64,000 nucleotides of DNA from Camelus ferus. Taxonomy: Eukaryota. Shown here in pieces: positions 25,986 to 38,775 of the stretch; position 1 is the stretch's first letter; every line of letters begins with the position of its first letter. The notes beneath the pieces were generated by a model. The model searched no databases and was not told the DNA's origin. It saw only the letters and a program-made list of their open reading frames with translations. The translations under genes and the position numbers were made by a program. Location of the stretch: the NCBI RefSeq assembly GCF_009834535.1, contig NC_045697.1:17672001-17736000 (forward strand), read 5' to 3'.

Positions 25986-26177
25986 TAGGGCTGCCAGATT
26001 AGGAAACAAAATTTGCTAAAATTTTGCTGTATCCATTCATTTTGAATTTCAGAAAAACAAGGACTAATTTTTTAGCATAAGTGTATCCCATGTAATATTT
26101 GGGATATCCTTACACTAAAAAAATCTACTGTTATCTGAAATTCAAATTTAACTGGGCATCGTGTGTTTTTAACCCTA
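25986..26177. mobile_element. MER53-like palindromic MITE inside a MIR
   Basis: tagggctgccagat...aacccta termini; long internal inverted repeat tttgaatttcaga...tctgaaattcaaa. Confidence 0.85.
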
Positions 26178-27716
26178 TCCTGGTGGTGAACCCTATCCTT
26201 TCCCAGGTCTTCATCGCGGCACAAACTGGAGCGAGTTACCTACCTTTGCCGCTCTTTAGCAGTGTGACCCAGGGAAGCCCCTTTGTGCCTCCATTTTCTC
26301 GTCTGTGAAGTGGGGATATGAGAGTGCCTGCTTCATAGAACTGTGGTGATGTGAGAAGCAATGAAGTAAGGCGTGTAATGCGCTCTGCCTAGTATCCAGC
26401 ATTCAGCAGCCGTCAACCACTTATTCAGTCAGCATTCTTTCAGCAAATATGCATGGAGACTCCTTCTTGACTGAGGCAGCATACTGGGTGCTGGGAAAAT
26501 GGTGGTGACCCATGCAGACACCAATGAGAGCCTCCTCCCGCCATGGCTCCTTCTCCACCCACAACTTTAATGGTTATGGAAGTTTCACGTCTTTAACTTC
26601 CTAACAGCCATTGAGCTTTTGTTTGAATTCACTTATTTTTCCTTTAGAAATGTCCACTTATCCCTTCCTCTGGGCCATGATGACTATAAATCATTGCCTG
26701 TGATTCCATGCTTAGAAAGAGCCAGGGCTGGAACCTACTCATTGGAGGTTATTTATTGTGACAGAAAATGCAAATGGATTGGCAGTAAACATAAGGGGAA
26801 AAAGCGACCTCAGCAGTGTGTGCAGGACGTGAATGCAGATGGAAACGGTGGGGAGAGTGTCATTTTTAGTAAGTAGAGCAGATACTCCACTTTGCTGAAA
26901 ATATGAAATGCCAGAAAATTCTCCTGACTTTCTATGTTACTGAAAGACATTTAAATTTGACCTGCTTCTTTCAGGACCCCGGAATGACATTGTATTTCAC
27001 TATATTGGGTGCTATGCAGTGGGGAAAGATGATAAAATAGAGAATAAAAAATTAGAAAGAGATTGTGGGGAGAATAGCAGATTACTGAGCTGTATCATCT
27101 CCCATCACCTGCAGAAAGGCTCCTCCCCTAATGCTGGCAAATTTCCCTTTTCTTCCAGTGTATTTTACACCAAAAAATCTTTTTCAAGTGGTTAAAAATA
27201 TATTCCCCTGGTCTCTGTGGATGACTTGCAAACAGTTAGGGAACAGGAAGTGCAAGCTCCCCAGATCCGCTCAGGGACCACGACGCATTGCCTTGTCCTG
27301 AGCTGTTGATGTTACTGGAGAAGAGGCTCCTTTCCATCTCCTGAGGTTTCTCTCCTCATGGAGGGAGCCCAGGAGCAGCAATACTCGAGGCACCAACCTG
27401 CTGGCTTCACTCTCTCCACCCTGGATGAGAGGGGATGCCTTAGTGTGGTTGGTGACTCAGGACGAGGAATTGGACCGCTAAACCCACTCTCAGCCCCTCC
27501 CTCCTGCTCTGCCTGCCCAGGGCAAGCGTGCCTCTTGTTCCTCCACAGTGTAGGTCTGTGACCGGCTACGCCAGTCTGCTTCAGCGACCAGTGTTAGGGA
27601 ACACACCTGCCTGCAGAAAATAAGTCACAGTCTCAAGGCACCAGTAATGGAGGTGCTATTCTGGCATTTTCCTATTTGTCAATGGGTACAGTTTTAAGGC
27701 AGAGAACGGGGGTTTG

Positions 27717-28075
27717 TGCCTTAGTCTGTTCAGGCTGCTACAGCAGTAAACCAGAGACTGGGAGGCTAAACCACACTTACTTCTCACGGTTCTGGAGGCT
27801 GGAAGCCTACGATCAAGGTGCTGGCAGATTCCGTGTCTGGTGAGGACCGGCTTCCCAGCTTGCAGATGGCTGCCTCCTATTTTACATCTTCAAGTGACAG
27901 AGGGAGCCATCCTGTGTCTCCTCCTTTTTTTTTTAAGGGCACTAGTGCCTTTCATGAGGGCTTCACCCTCATGACCTAATCACCTCTTAAAGGCCCCACC
28001 TCCAATTACCACCACATTGGGGGTTAGGCTTCAGCATACAAACTTTAGGGGGAAACAAACATTCAGTCCATAGCA
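27717..28075 (-). mobile_element. MaLR solo LTR (MLT1A0-like)
   Basis: ttctcacggttctggaggctggaag...aaacattcagtccatagca; near-TSD gtttg/gttag. Confidence 0.88.
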
Positions 28076-28424
28076 GTTAGTGACAGAGTTACCTCAAAGC
28101 CCAAGAGTTGACAAAGATGTCCCTGAGGTGTCCTGGATGGTGTTCAGAGCACCACTGTCTTTCTCTAGCTCAGCCACAACCCACAAGCCTCTCTGTCACT
28201 GAGAATTCTTGGAAGTGGTTAAGGAGGTTAAGGCAATTGCATTCCTCTTCCAAATTCAATCCCCAGTCAGGAGTCTGTTTAAATGCTTCAAGTAACCTCC
28301 CCTGATTTTTTTAGCTAAATTGAACATTATTTCCTTTTAATTTTAATATAGCTGTTTACTTAGGAGGCATATACCAACCTAAGCACGAGACATTTGTGGA
28401 AATGGCACTGTCCCTTTAACAATG

Positions 28425-28605
28425 TACGTGTGTATGTGCTGTTGGGGGTGGGGAGGGTAGTATGTGTGGCATGTGTTTGTGTGTGTGTGTCTGATGTGAC
28501 ACGATGTGTGTGTGTGGTGCAGTGTGCTGCGTGTGTGGTGTGGTTTGTGTAATTGTGTGTGTGTGTGTGTGTCTGTGTGTCTGTGTGTGGTGTGGCACGT
28601 GTATA
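28425..28605. repeat. Compound TG-rich low-complexity repeat
   Basis: Interrupted (TG)n/(TGG)n tracts. Confidence 0.85.
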
Positions 28606-28674
28606 TATTGGCTCCTAAACTTTTACTGGATTCATCTGGCAACAATCTCATTCCTATAAGCCAATCAAAATAGT

Positions 28675-29197
28675 ATATTATTTATTCATTACTGTGTAAC
28701 AAAAACTCCACTACTCAGCAGCTTAAAATGATAAACACTTATTATCTCAGTTTCAGGGGTCAGAAATCCAGGAGTGGCTTAGTGACACAGGATTTCTCTA
28801 GAGGCTGGAGTCAAGATGTTGGCCAGGTGTGCGGTCATCTGAAGGCTTGACTGGGGGTGACAGATCCTCCTGCAGGGTGGTTCACTCACCTGGTGCTGGT
28901 GTTGGCAGGAGGCCTCAGTTCCTCCCGTGTGGGCCTCTTGCAGGCTGCTTGAGTGTCCTCACAGCACGGTGACCCGCTTCTCAGCGGCAGCAATCCGAGA
29001 GCCAGCAAGAAGGAAGCCACATACCTTTCAAGACCTATTCTCAGAAGTTACACGCTGAACTCCTGCCACATTCTGTTCCTTAGAAGCCAGTCACAAACTA
29101 CAACCTGCCCTCACAGAAAGGGAGATCGGGCTCCACCCCCGGGGTGGGTTGGGGTGGCAATCAAAGAACTTGTGCACTTATTTTAAAACCACCGCAA
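28675..29197 (-). mobile_element. MaLR LTR (MLT1F-like)
   Basis: actgtgtaacaaa...cagcagcttaaaa...ggtcatctgaaggcttgactgggg...attttaaaaccaccgca. Confidence 0.8.
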
Positions 29198-31239
29198 ATA
29201 ACACGGTGCAGAAAAAGAAAAGCAAATGCACAAGAATCTGAAAATGTTCTGAACTTACTACAGCAAGAATGAAACACATTACCATTTGAGCATTAGAGCT
29301 TCTTTCCCCCTACTGCCATCCCAGGAAAACTGAGGTGAAGAAACGGGAAAGGGGCCGGGGAGTGGATGACGTGGTGATGTAGGGGAGGTTTTTGAAACAG
29401 AGGGTTTTGAAACAGGACTGGGGCTGCTGCTGATGGGAGATGTTGGAGAGCGGGAGGCTTGGGGGGGGGAGGCTGGATTTAAGAAGTGGTGTGTGGAAGG
29501 TTATGAACAGACTTCCCTCTTCTCACAGGGACACAAGGAGAGATCAGAATCGCTTGTATGAGCTCTTTGGTTCGGGGCTGTTTTATTAAATGCTACACTG
29601 CGGTGAAACTGGATCACATGGGTCTCATTATTTGCTCGGGTTACATTCACATTCCCTGAGAATTTCCACCATAAATGTAAAATGGCAAGGAAACACTATT
29701 TTTAAAGTTTCTTAAATGCATTTGCCTCTCTCTAAAGACTTTCGTATCCTCAGTACCTAGCACAGCACTGTTCAAGTCATGGATACTCAGTATTAGTTGA
29801 AAAGAATCAAGTGAAAAAGTCCATTTGAATTTTCACATTATTTATGAACTAAAATGCTGTAATCCAAAAGGACAGAGGAACAACATAAACTTGAAATAAA
29901 AATCTCTGGAGTTGCGATGTATCCAGAATTCTTAGATGGGTCAGGAGAAGCAGAGGCAAGAGATTAGAAGTGAATCACCGCAGGGGTGAGCAGAGTTGAG
30001 CCTGGGGCCAGGACAAGTGCCAAGACTGCTATTTTTTCCTGAGGCCTCAATCTTACTTTCTTATGCTTTCCAGCCCCTACTGCCCTGGAGAGCAAACAGA
30101 GAGATGACAGAGCTAACTGGGCTGCTGACCCAACCCAGAATCTTGCAGCCCTGCTGCTGGACATGCTGATCAGGGCCCTGGGTCATTTCGGGGGATGATG
30201 GTTGGGGTGAGGGGGGACTTGGAGGGCTGAGCAGGTTTCTCTCTGCCCTAACGATTGTTTCCTGCAAGATGATGGAGTGTAACTGTGCCTTTTCTCTTGG
30301 TTTCTAGTAGACTTCCTGGAGCAGAACCTGGAGATGTACGCAGGAAAATGTTCTCCAGGGATCCCATACAATTTCAGAAGGTGCTGGGGATTCTGGGGCA
30401 GTGCCTCCATACTGTGGGCCTCTCTGCCTGTGTTGTCTTGGTTTGCTGTCTGGCTGAAGGCAGGAGAAGTTCAGGTTTATGAAGAGGCAGCCTGGAGCAG
30501 AGGCCAAGAGGTGGGGTTCATCCAAAGCCTTCAGTCTCAGCTCTGCTACCAATGTGTTGGGAAAAGTCATTTGTGCCCATTAGGTGCTGGTTAGTAAAGG
30601 GTTATCCTGTCTGGGAGGCAGGGAGAGAAACTAGTTGCAAGAGCAGGTGATCAGTGAAAGTGACACATGACTCATGCCTCCAATTCTTCTTCGACAGTTA
30701 GCCTCCCTCAGTCAGCTCTCTGAGAAACAGACGGAATCAATGTTCCTGCCTGGCTAATGGGTGCATAGCCGGGACCAGGAAATCTGCGCAGAGTGTTTGA
30801 GTTTTGAGATGAAACGCACTGAGAGATTGGGGTGAATGAGCTTCTGACTTGCAGGTTTGGAGAAATTTGGTTCTTTCCTCCCTTCTCCACAAATGCCAGA
30901 CAGTAATGAAAAGGAACCAGGCCCCTCTCCCCTTGATCCTGGTCAAAAGAGTTGTCCTGGCCCAAAGTGACCTTTTCTCCTATGAATTTATTATCTGTCT
31001 TCACAGCTCATATGCCACCAGATGCCCTGGGCCCAGGCTGCTTATGACCACTGTCCATTCTGATCAGAGGCGCATCCATTCTGTTGGTTGGTGCCTGTTG
31101 TGGACACACTCCAGGGTGATCCCTCCCCAGGAGTCGGGTTCTTTATAATCCCCTCCTGACGAGGGAGGGCAGGCCTTGGGACCTGCTCCAAACAACAGAA
31201 TAGAACAAAGGTGATAGGATGCCAGGCCTATGACTCCTA

Positions 31240-31610
31240 ATGCCCATGAAGAAACCAACAGTTTGTGCTGTGAGGAGACTGTGGAGAAGGCCAGCAGCAT
31301 GGAGCTGTGGGCGGCCCCAAGGGGCTGAAACTGCCCCCAACCACAGCCAGCAAAAAAACAGCCCTCAGTCCCATAATCACAAGGAAATGAAATCTACCAA
31401 CAACCTAAATGAGCTTGAGGTCAGATTTTTCCCCATTTGAGTCACCAAATGAGAATGTGGTCTGGCCAACACCTTGATTACAGCCTTGTGACACCCTGAG
31501 CAGAGGACCCTGGGACCCATGCCAGGACTCCTGACCCACAGGAACTATAAGCCAATGAACGTGTTTTGTTTTAAGACACTATATGTGTGGTCATTTGTTA
31601 AACTAATTCA
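31240..31610 (+). mobile_element. MaLR LTR 3' part (MLT1E/F-like)
   Basis: ccacagccagcaa...cacaaggaaatgaaatctaccaacaacctaaatgagctt...caccttgattacagccttgtgacaccctgagcagaggacc. Confidence 0.75.
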
Positions 31611-32420
31611 GGCCACATACACCAATAGTTAAATATTTGGTTGTCACCCCTACGTGTCTCGTTCATTGCACAATTAGTCACACATCACTTTGTGATGCAG
31701 AATATTCCCTAGACCTTGTGCTGTAACCACAGCTTCATGCGGTTATGACTTTTCCTCTCAGCTAGACTGTAAGTCCCATGAGGGCAAGAACTGTGTTCTA
31801 GAACTTTAAAAAAAAAAACAAACCCATGTGGCCAAAAAAAAAAACCAAAAAACCCAAAGCATATCAAAGTACCTCCTGACACACAGTAGGTACACAGTCA
31901 TATGTGATTTGAGCTTTTGATCCTTCATTTGTTCAACTAAACCAAATGGGTCTTAGATTAAACACATAGAGACATGTGGTGAACTTTTACTGCACACCTA
32001 CTAGGTACCAGGTTGGCTCTCGGACACACAGAGAGCAAATCAAAAGTCTGGCTCTCAAGTCGATCATGGTTCAACCCACCAATAGGATCTTGTCATCTCA
32101 TCTTCTTACCAGTGGAATCAAACACTCAGAGATCCCTAGAGTGCTTTGTCAACTAATCAAGATTGTGAGTCCGCAGATTAGGCCAAGGTGTACCTGTAAA
32201 AGTTCTGCAGTGACTGTTTAGCTTGCAAATAGAAGCAGCAAGAGGTCCCCGCTGAGCCCACCTTCCATTTAAATGGGAAAGGGAGCCACCAAGACATGTG
32301 GGCACTCTCTGCCCTTCCTCAGTAGCCCATCGTGGCCGGCCCTTTCACTCTGTGACTCACGTGGACATACCCATATTCAAGCAGACCAGAAATCAAAGCC
32401 ATGTTAGGCACGGGCTACTT

Positions 32421-32426
32421 TTTATT
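32421..32426 (-). terminator. Probable distal polyadenylation signal of LGI2
   Basis: tttatt on + = AATAAA on -; followed on the minus strand by ...tgcctaacatggctttgatttctggtctgcttg (CA cleavage candidate, then GU-rich element). Confidence 0.65.
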
Positions 32427-32709
32427 CATAGGTTTACAGAATACATTGAATTAAGAGACATATCATTTGTTAAGTCTATTTAACAAAAAGAGCTACATAT
32501 ATATTCAGCCTTAAATTTCATCCATTGTAGCTTGCATTGAAGATTGCAAAATTTGCTTTCATATACATAGAAAGTATTCTTCTTTTCCCTAAGTTATGCA
32601 TTTAATATACATAAAAATGGTACCAAATGGTATATTGGCTGATTTTATCACAGGTCATACATTCCTGATAGTCAAAGGGATTGACGGGGAATGGATAGTT
32701 TCCTACCAC

Positions 32710-32736
32710 AAAAAAAAAAAAAAAAAAAAAAAAAAA
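32710..32736. repeat. A27 homopolymer (U27 in LGI2 mRNA)
   Basis: Directly visible. Confidence 0.95.
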
Positions 32737-34593
32737 CCCTGAATTTTTGATGCAAGCAATGGAATAACACAAGGATAGGAGTGGCCCAGTTTAGATCTCA
32801 GTAGCTTTGCAATGTAATTCTTATTTTAATCAGCATTACAATTGGCTCTCTCCACTAATAATTGGGATGCTGTTAAATCTGCCTGGGGCTTCCATCATCT
32901 ACTTGCCTGGCTGAGGCAAAGGAAATCATTATTACTTTTTCTTTTCTTCCAATTGATTCTACTCTCCCAAAAGAGTTCTCTCCACAGCCACCTGCCTTGC
33001 CTTTCTGCCCATTTCCTTTACATTGTCCCCAAAGTCTGGGCCACCATGCTCACTGTGTCAACATCCAGATTATACAGCATTCCATTCCAGAATGCTATTT
33101 CACAGAATCTTTGACCACTGCCCAATTAAAGAACTTTCAAAACTGTGAGCGAGGGGCTCATACCTCTGCAGAAGAATCAGGAAGCTGGCTAAAGAGATTT
33201 TCTTCAGAGGGCATGCAAATAGACTCCCCTCCTGTAGACCTTCATCTCTTTTTCATTATACCCCAGGTCGGAGAAATTTCCATCGTGAGTGTTCCAGCAG
33301 CCAAACCTCCAGCATCCCACACTGATTTCTTTCCTAAAAATACACAGCCTCTCACTCCATGGGGAAGAAAAATGCAACACTGCCATTTCCAGCGTGTTCC
33401 CCAAAGGCTGACTCCAGCCCAGGAGCAATTCATCATCACTTGTGCATTAGGGGTTTCAGTTTTTCCCTCCCAGAGCTCTTCTTGTTTATCTTGTGGACAT
33501 TTTGACAAGAACCAGATGTGTCTCAACTTTAACATCCCTCCTGTAGCTAACATGTTGGGGGAGAAACCACCGTGCTCGCTAAACACCCTCCTTAGAGCAG
33601 AAAATTATCTGTAACTTCTGGCAGACTTTTAAGAAGGTCTTGCATGTAAATAGCAGTTCTGCAGTGTTTCATCGTTAAACGGACTGGTTGATTGAACGGT
33701 GTCTGTTCAGCACGATTTTCCTTCTGCCCATTTTGCTGCATTTTTAATTTTATCTCACGGTGCTGCTATATTCAAAACCATGATAGAAAGTCTTCACTCG
33801 GAGGGAACAGCAGGGTCACAGAAAGAAAATACAAAGCCTGCTGTTCGGAGGGGAGGCTCTAGTTTTGCCACTCATCCCTGGACAGTCTAGAGCAGACGAT
33901 CGACTTAAGGGTTTTGAAGAACTATTTATGAACAAATGAGATGAACACCAAGGTGCACTGGAAAAATGTAAAGTTTTGCCAAACGGCAGGCAGTCTTATT
34001 TATCCGGTGCCCAAGAACACAGTGCTATTCACACCTAAGACTTGCTTCTGGAGTCTTCCTAAGAGATCTGTTCCTGGCCCCATGGAGTTTGGGGACAAGT
34101 CCCATGTGGAGGGACTCGTCTGGGAGCTTAGACACCGAGATTACAAAGAAGAAACAGCGGGAGAAGGTGATCAACCGACGGGTGATGGGAAGGAATCGAG
34201 AAGCAAGAGCAGCCTCCCCCGGGGTGAGGTCCACGGGGGACGGTCCCACGTGTCTCCTTGCTTTGGGTTTTCGTTGTTGTTCTTGTTTGGGTTTTTTCGG
34301 TCTTCCATTATTACTGGAAGAAAGCTTCTGGCAGAAATTGTTTCTTGGGATTCTCGGGCTGGAGCAGTAAGATTAATGAAGCAAAGCTTCCACAGCCTCG
34401 TGCCAAGAACATCTACGCTGCTTCGGTAAGTCGGCCAGAACAAATATCTCCTCCCTCAGCACGGGGACTCTGTAGATGGCAGACTCTGATCGTGTCTATG
34501 ATTCTTTTCAAAGAAAAAGCCTGACTGCAGCTGAGTGGATTACCCACCCTCTCACTCTCATCCCCAACACCCTCCCCATCCCCAATTGCTTTA

Positions 34594-34727
34594 TTTTAGT
34601 TAAGTTTTTTGGGGGGTGGTAGTGGTGGCATTTATTTATTTATTTTTAACAGAGATACTGGGGATGGAACCCAGGACCTCATGCATGCTAAGCATGCAGT
34701 CTACCACAGAGCTATGCTCTCTTCCCC
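34594..34727 (-). mobile_element. Vic-1-like SINE in LGI2 3' UTR (sense to LGI2)
   Basis: tRNA-like body plus A-rich tail on - strand; perfect 15-bp TSD tccccaattgcttta (34579-34593 / 34728-34742). Confidence 0.9.
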
Positions 34728-37103
34728 TCCCCAATTGCTTTAGATCTTTCTTTCACCCCCGCCCAGTGTCTCACCTGGACTCAGCACATGCCCCCAGCCC
34801 CAGCCCAGCACCCTGTGCTCCCAGTTTTCCAGATTCTGGGCAATGGTTACCTGTGTGGTGAGTGCAGCTGGTGGCCCCTAACCCCACCCTCAGAGCTGAG
34901 GCTGGGAAGGTGGTCCCTGCTCCATGGAGGCAGCACTGTGAAAAGATGCAACCATTGCCTCCTCCACCAGCGGCTGGAATCCAGAACATCATTTTGACCT
35001 AGGACCGTCTAAATGTCCCCTACACTCCTGGCCAAGTGCCTGTTGTCAACCCAGCCTTATCTGAGGGGTTCCAGGCACCAGAAAGAAGAGCTTGCTGGTC
35101 CTGACAGCTAGAGGACCAGCAGAGCTGTCCCACTTTTAGCCTCCGATGTGGGGCATTTGCAGTCAATTCAAATAAACCAGGAAGGCAAAAGAACATGGAG
35201 AAAAGAGTGATTTGTGCTTAAAAAATGAAAACAAACCTCCTTTTTCCTGTTTGCTCCACGATTAGTAGGAAAGTTTCAAACGGCAACGCTACCACGTGTG
35301 GGTGAGTTAGTTCATTACCGTCCCTGGGGCCCTAGGCTGGAAGCCCTGCGCCTGCAGTCCCAGAATGCACCCAAGAGTGCTGTTGTGACATCGACGCATG
35401 GTTCTCTAAGTGCTATTTATTGCCTCAATCTGCATTGCTTAAAGTCTGGAAACAACAAACACATTCATATTTGTGACAAAACATCTACCTACTCACGACT
35501 TGGCAAGCAATCATTAAAAAACAGCAATACAATACAGGATGCCTGTGCCACTGTCACGGCCAGGAGAGAAGCGCTGGATTGCTCCTTGACTGAGAGCCAC
35601 TCATTTCACAGTCTCTGAAGTGAACCAGCTAACCAGGCAGAATATCCACCTGGAACCTCCCACAAAACCAGACCCTGTGAGCTTCCCAGTGGGCTACACC
35701 AGAGAGGCCATCTGGTCTCCTGAGTGCAGATGTGGTCCGGGGGACTCCGCCTGTCTGGCTCCAAATCTGGTCCCTCCAGAAGAGCTGGAGCCTCCCGCCC
35801 ACACCCCCTGCCGCAGCCCGTACAGGATGAGCGCCCTGCGCACATGGCCCCTTGAGAGGGTGTGGGTTTCCTCTGCTAGCGTGCCGGGAGGAGGAGGCGC
35901 ACTGCCGTCATGAGGACCCTGGGTTCTGCAATTCGGGGCTGCAGCACCTTTGGAAGGACTGCACTGGCAGCAGCAACGTCAGCCAGTCAACAAAGTAGGA
36001 CTGTGACACGAGGAGGGAGGTAGGCAGGTGGGCAGGTGGCTAGGTGGGCAGGCTGGTATTCAATTACTTGAAATATTAAGTTGCCCAGAGGGCAACGACA
36101 TGCATCAATCAACGAGCTGTCTCTAGGTTTCAAAGAACATCAGGACTTGTGTAAAGTCCTCTTTGACTCCACAAAATCCTACTTCAAAAACTACCGAATG
36201 CTCATCAGATGGAAATACCTGTTCTGTTGCTCTAAAGGACAGAATAAAAAGCACCGCTCTGTCTTTGGCCTGTCTGCTGGTTACCCACAGGCTCAAAGGA
36301 CAGGTCCAGTGAAGCCGATGAGTCGCACAGAGCATCAAACAAGCACTGTTGCTCCGGCCACCGTGGGGGTCAGCTTTCAACCACAAGAGGAGAGGATGAC
36401 TGTGTCACACTCCTGGCCCACAGCCCAGCCCCGGGCCTAGACATGTGTCAGCAGAACATTTTCTTTGTAGCGAAGGAAGCAATGTCAGAAGTTATTTTGT
36501 TAACACACCCGGGATGGACATCCATATGAGCCGGTGAAACAGCCGAGGCTGGGCTCTTAGGGGGGATTCGGGAATCTGGGATGGCTCAAAATAGCATTGC
36601 TGAGTATTAGCAGATTTTTAAAGTAATCAGCAGCAAATCTTTTCAGCTGACTTTGGCTTTAAGAGTTCTTATTAAAAAGACTACTAAAACGGAATGAGAA
36701 GGGCCCATAGTATGTTTGGTCTTTTTTTATTATTATCATTTCATCATAAGAGCTATCCTATCTTATCCGATTTTCTTCTTCCTCATTAAAAGAAAAAAAA
36801 AATAAAAGCACGTTACTTCCCTAGATGGTAAGAGTTAATGCTGTGCTCTTAGCAATTACAGGTTTTAAGATGACTTTTTACGTGGCAGAATGGATGTGTC
36901 ATGCAGTTAGCCAACAAATGCAATCCCTGATTAAAACATGAGTTCTAAAAGTTTGAAAACCTCTAACTACTTCCCCAGTGCATTTTTAACGTCAGCACTG
37001 TGAACCTGGCTTCTTTTTTCTCCCCCTACCCCGCCCCACCCCACCTCGGTCCTCTCTTTTAAAAGGTAAAGCTGCGTGTCTTTTAAATTCACCAAGCACA
37101 CCT

Positions 37104-37921
37104 TCACAAACTTAAGTCAACCACTATGTGTTCAAAAATCTTTGTTTTCCCTTTGAAACTGGATGCGAAAAAGAAATCTCTCCTGTCAGTGGAGACGGCT
37201 GTGAAGGAACGAGGCGCCTGCACATAAATCTCCTTAAATTTTTTGAAGAGCTGTTTCTCTTTATCCCACTGGTAGATCTGGGAGAACGTATAGTCACTCC
37301 CCAGGGCCAGGTAGTGATTATCTTTAAAGGAAAAGGGCTGCAGGGTCATGGCCCCCCGGGACGGAAGAGCCTGGATCTCCACAAACTGTTTACTGTTCCA
37401 CCTCATGACCCTGGAGTCCCCGATGAAGCGGGTGAGGGAAAGGTAGAGGGTGTTCTGCATCCTAAAGCTCTTCACGGCCAGCACGTCCTCCATGTTGGGG
37501 ATGTCACTATGGGGGACAAACTTCTTAGAGCTCTTATTCCACTGGAGGATGATGGGGACCTGGGAGCGGCTGGACAGGATCAGGTGTGACTTTCCATCTA
37601 TGTCCACAAACTCCGCATCTGTGTCCCGGAACCACTCGTGCAGCGACTGGTACGAGTAGAAGCCTTTGCTGTTCCACTTATAAACGGTGGACAGGCCGGC
37701 TTTGGAGCTGTCGGCGATGACAAAGAATGTCTCGTCCTCGATCTGAAACAGCTCGATGTCGTTGGGCTTGGAGATGCGGGAGACTTCTATGTCTTGGAAT
37801 TTGACAAACTTGGTCCAGCTCTCATCGTATCTGTAAATGTGAGAGCCACCAAAGAGCTGGGCCACCACCACGAAGACCTGGTCGTCGATGAGGATTGCCT
37901 TACAGCCCACGATGGACTGAC
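37104..37921 (-). CDS. LGI2: LGI2 coding exon 8 (remaining EAR/EPTP repeats to stop)
   Basis: Acceptor cag| at 37922; 818 nt encoding (G)QSIVGCKAILIDDQV...KTKIFEHIVVDLSL* (3' part of ORF 37104..38075). The eight exons sum to 1644 nt = 547 aa + stop with consistent phases. Confidence 0.98.
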
Positions 37922-38014
37922 CTGTGCTCCAAAAGAAAGGAGAGGGGGTTAGGGCTGCCACCGGGAAAAACGCTTGCCCAGCGTGAAACTGGAAGAACAC
38001 TGTGCCAGTCTTCC

Positions 38015-38575
38015 AGAAAGTGAACCACGGGATGATTGCACCATCCAGCAATTCCGCTTCTGGGTCTATACCCAAAGCACTGAGAGTAGGCTCTTGGGGG
38101 GGTATTTGTACACCGCGTTGATAGCAGCATTATTCATAAAAGCCAAAAGGTAGAAACAAGCTGTGTCCGTTGACGAATGAATGGATACACAAATGGGGTA
38201 GATACACACAGTGGAATACTGTTCAGCCTTAAAAAGGAAGGACATTCTGACACATGCTGCATCCTGGGTGAATGTTGAAGACATTATGCTAAGTGAAATA
38301 AGCCAGTCACAAAAGACAAATAGTGTATGATGCCACTTATAAGAGGTAGCTGGAGGAGTCAGATTCTAGAGATAGACAGTAGAGGGGTCGTTGCCAGGGC
38401 TGGAGAGGAGGGGAGAATGGGAATTAGAGTTTAATGGGTACAGAATTTTGGCTTTTCAAGATGAAGAGTTCTAGAGATTGGTTGTACAGCAATGCGCATG
38501 TACTGAGCTGTACACTTAAATGCACTGAAGATGGTAAATTTATGTTATGTATGTTTCCCCACGATTAAAAAAACA
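38015..38575 (+). mobile_element. L1MB-like 3' fragment in LGI2 intron 7 (antisense to gene)
   Basis: ccagcaattccgcttctggg...cattatgctaagtgaaataagccagtcacaaaagacaaata...ggtaaatttatgttatgtat. Confidence 0.88.
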
Positions 38576-38580
38576 GTTTT

Positions 38581-38775
38581 AATAGCACAGGGAACTATAT
38601 TCAATATCTTTTGGTAACTTATGGTGAAAAAGAATATGAAAACAAATGTATGTCTGTTCCTATGTGACTGAAGCATTGTGCTGTACACCAGACATTGACA
38701 CAACAGTGTAAACTGACCATACTTCAACAAAAATATTAAAAAATAATTTACAAATTAAATTAAATTAAAAAAAAA
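38581..38775 (+). mobile_element. Young lineage-specific L1 3' end
   Basis: atagcacagggaactatattcaatatct...tgtaaactgaccatacttcaa plus A-rich tail; same family as 5781-5902. Confidence 0.8.

Larger units (their letters stand above)
32400..37103 (-). other. LGI2: LGI2 long 3' UTR (~4.7 kb; 3' end inferred)
   Basis: Mostly repeat-free sequence following the stop codon, ending at an AATAAA with a downstream GU/U-rich tract. Length agrees with my recollection of a multi-kb human LGI2 3' UTR. Confidence 0.7.

Noticed and set aside
32997..34429. 205-aa and 162-aa plus-strand ORFs antisense to the 3' UTR
   Set aside because: No recognisable homology, promoter or splice structure; compatible with chance
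33900..36700. miRNA seed matches in the 3' UTR (e.g. miR-27 8mer at 35605-35612, miR-15/16 7mer at 36629-36635)
   Set aside because: Expected by chance in 4.7 kb; not assessable without conservation data
37128..37952. Plus-strand ORFs antisense to exon 8
   Set aside because: Shadow ORFs of the coding strand with no independent gene signals
37922..38075. ORF-track extension of exon 8 (MGIDPEAELL...)
   Set aside because: Intron 7 / antisense L1 sequence upstream of a clear polypyrimidine-CAG acceptor; non-ATG start
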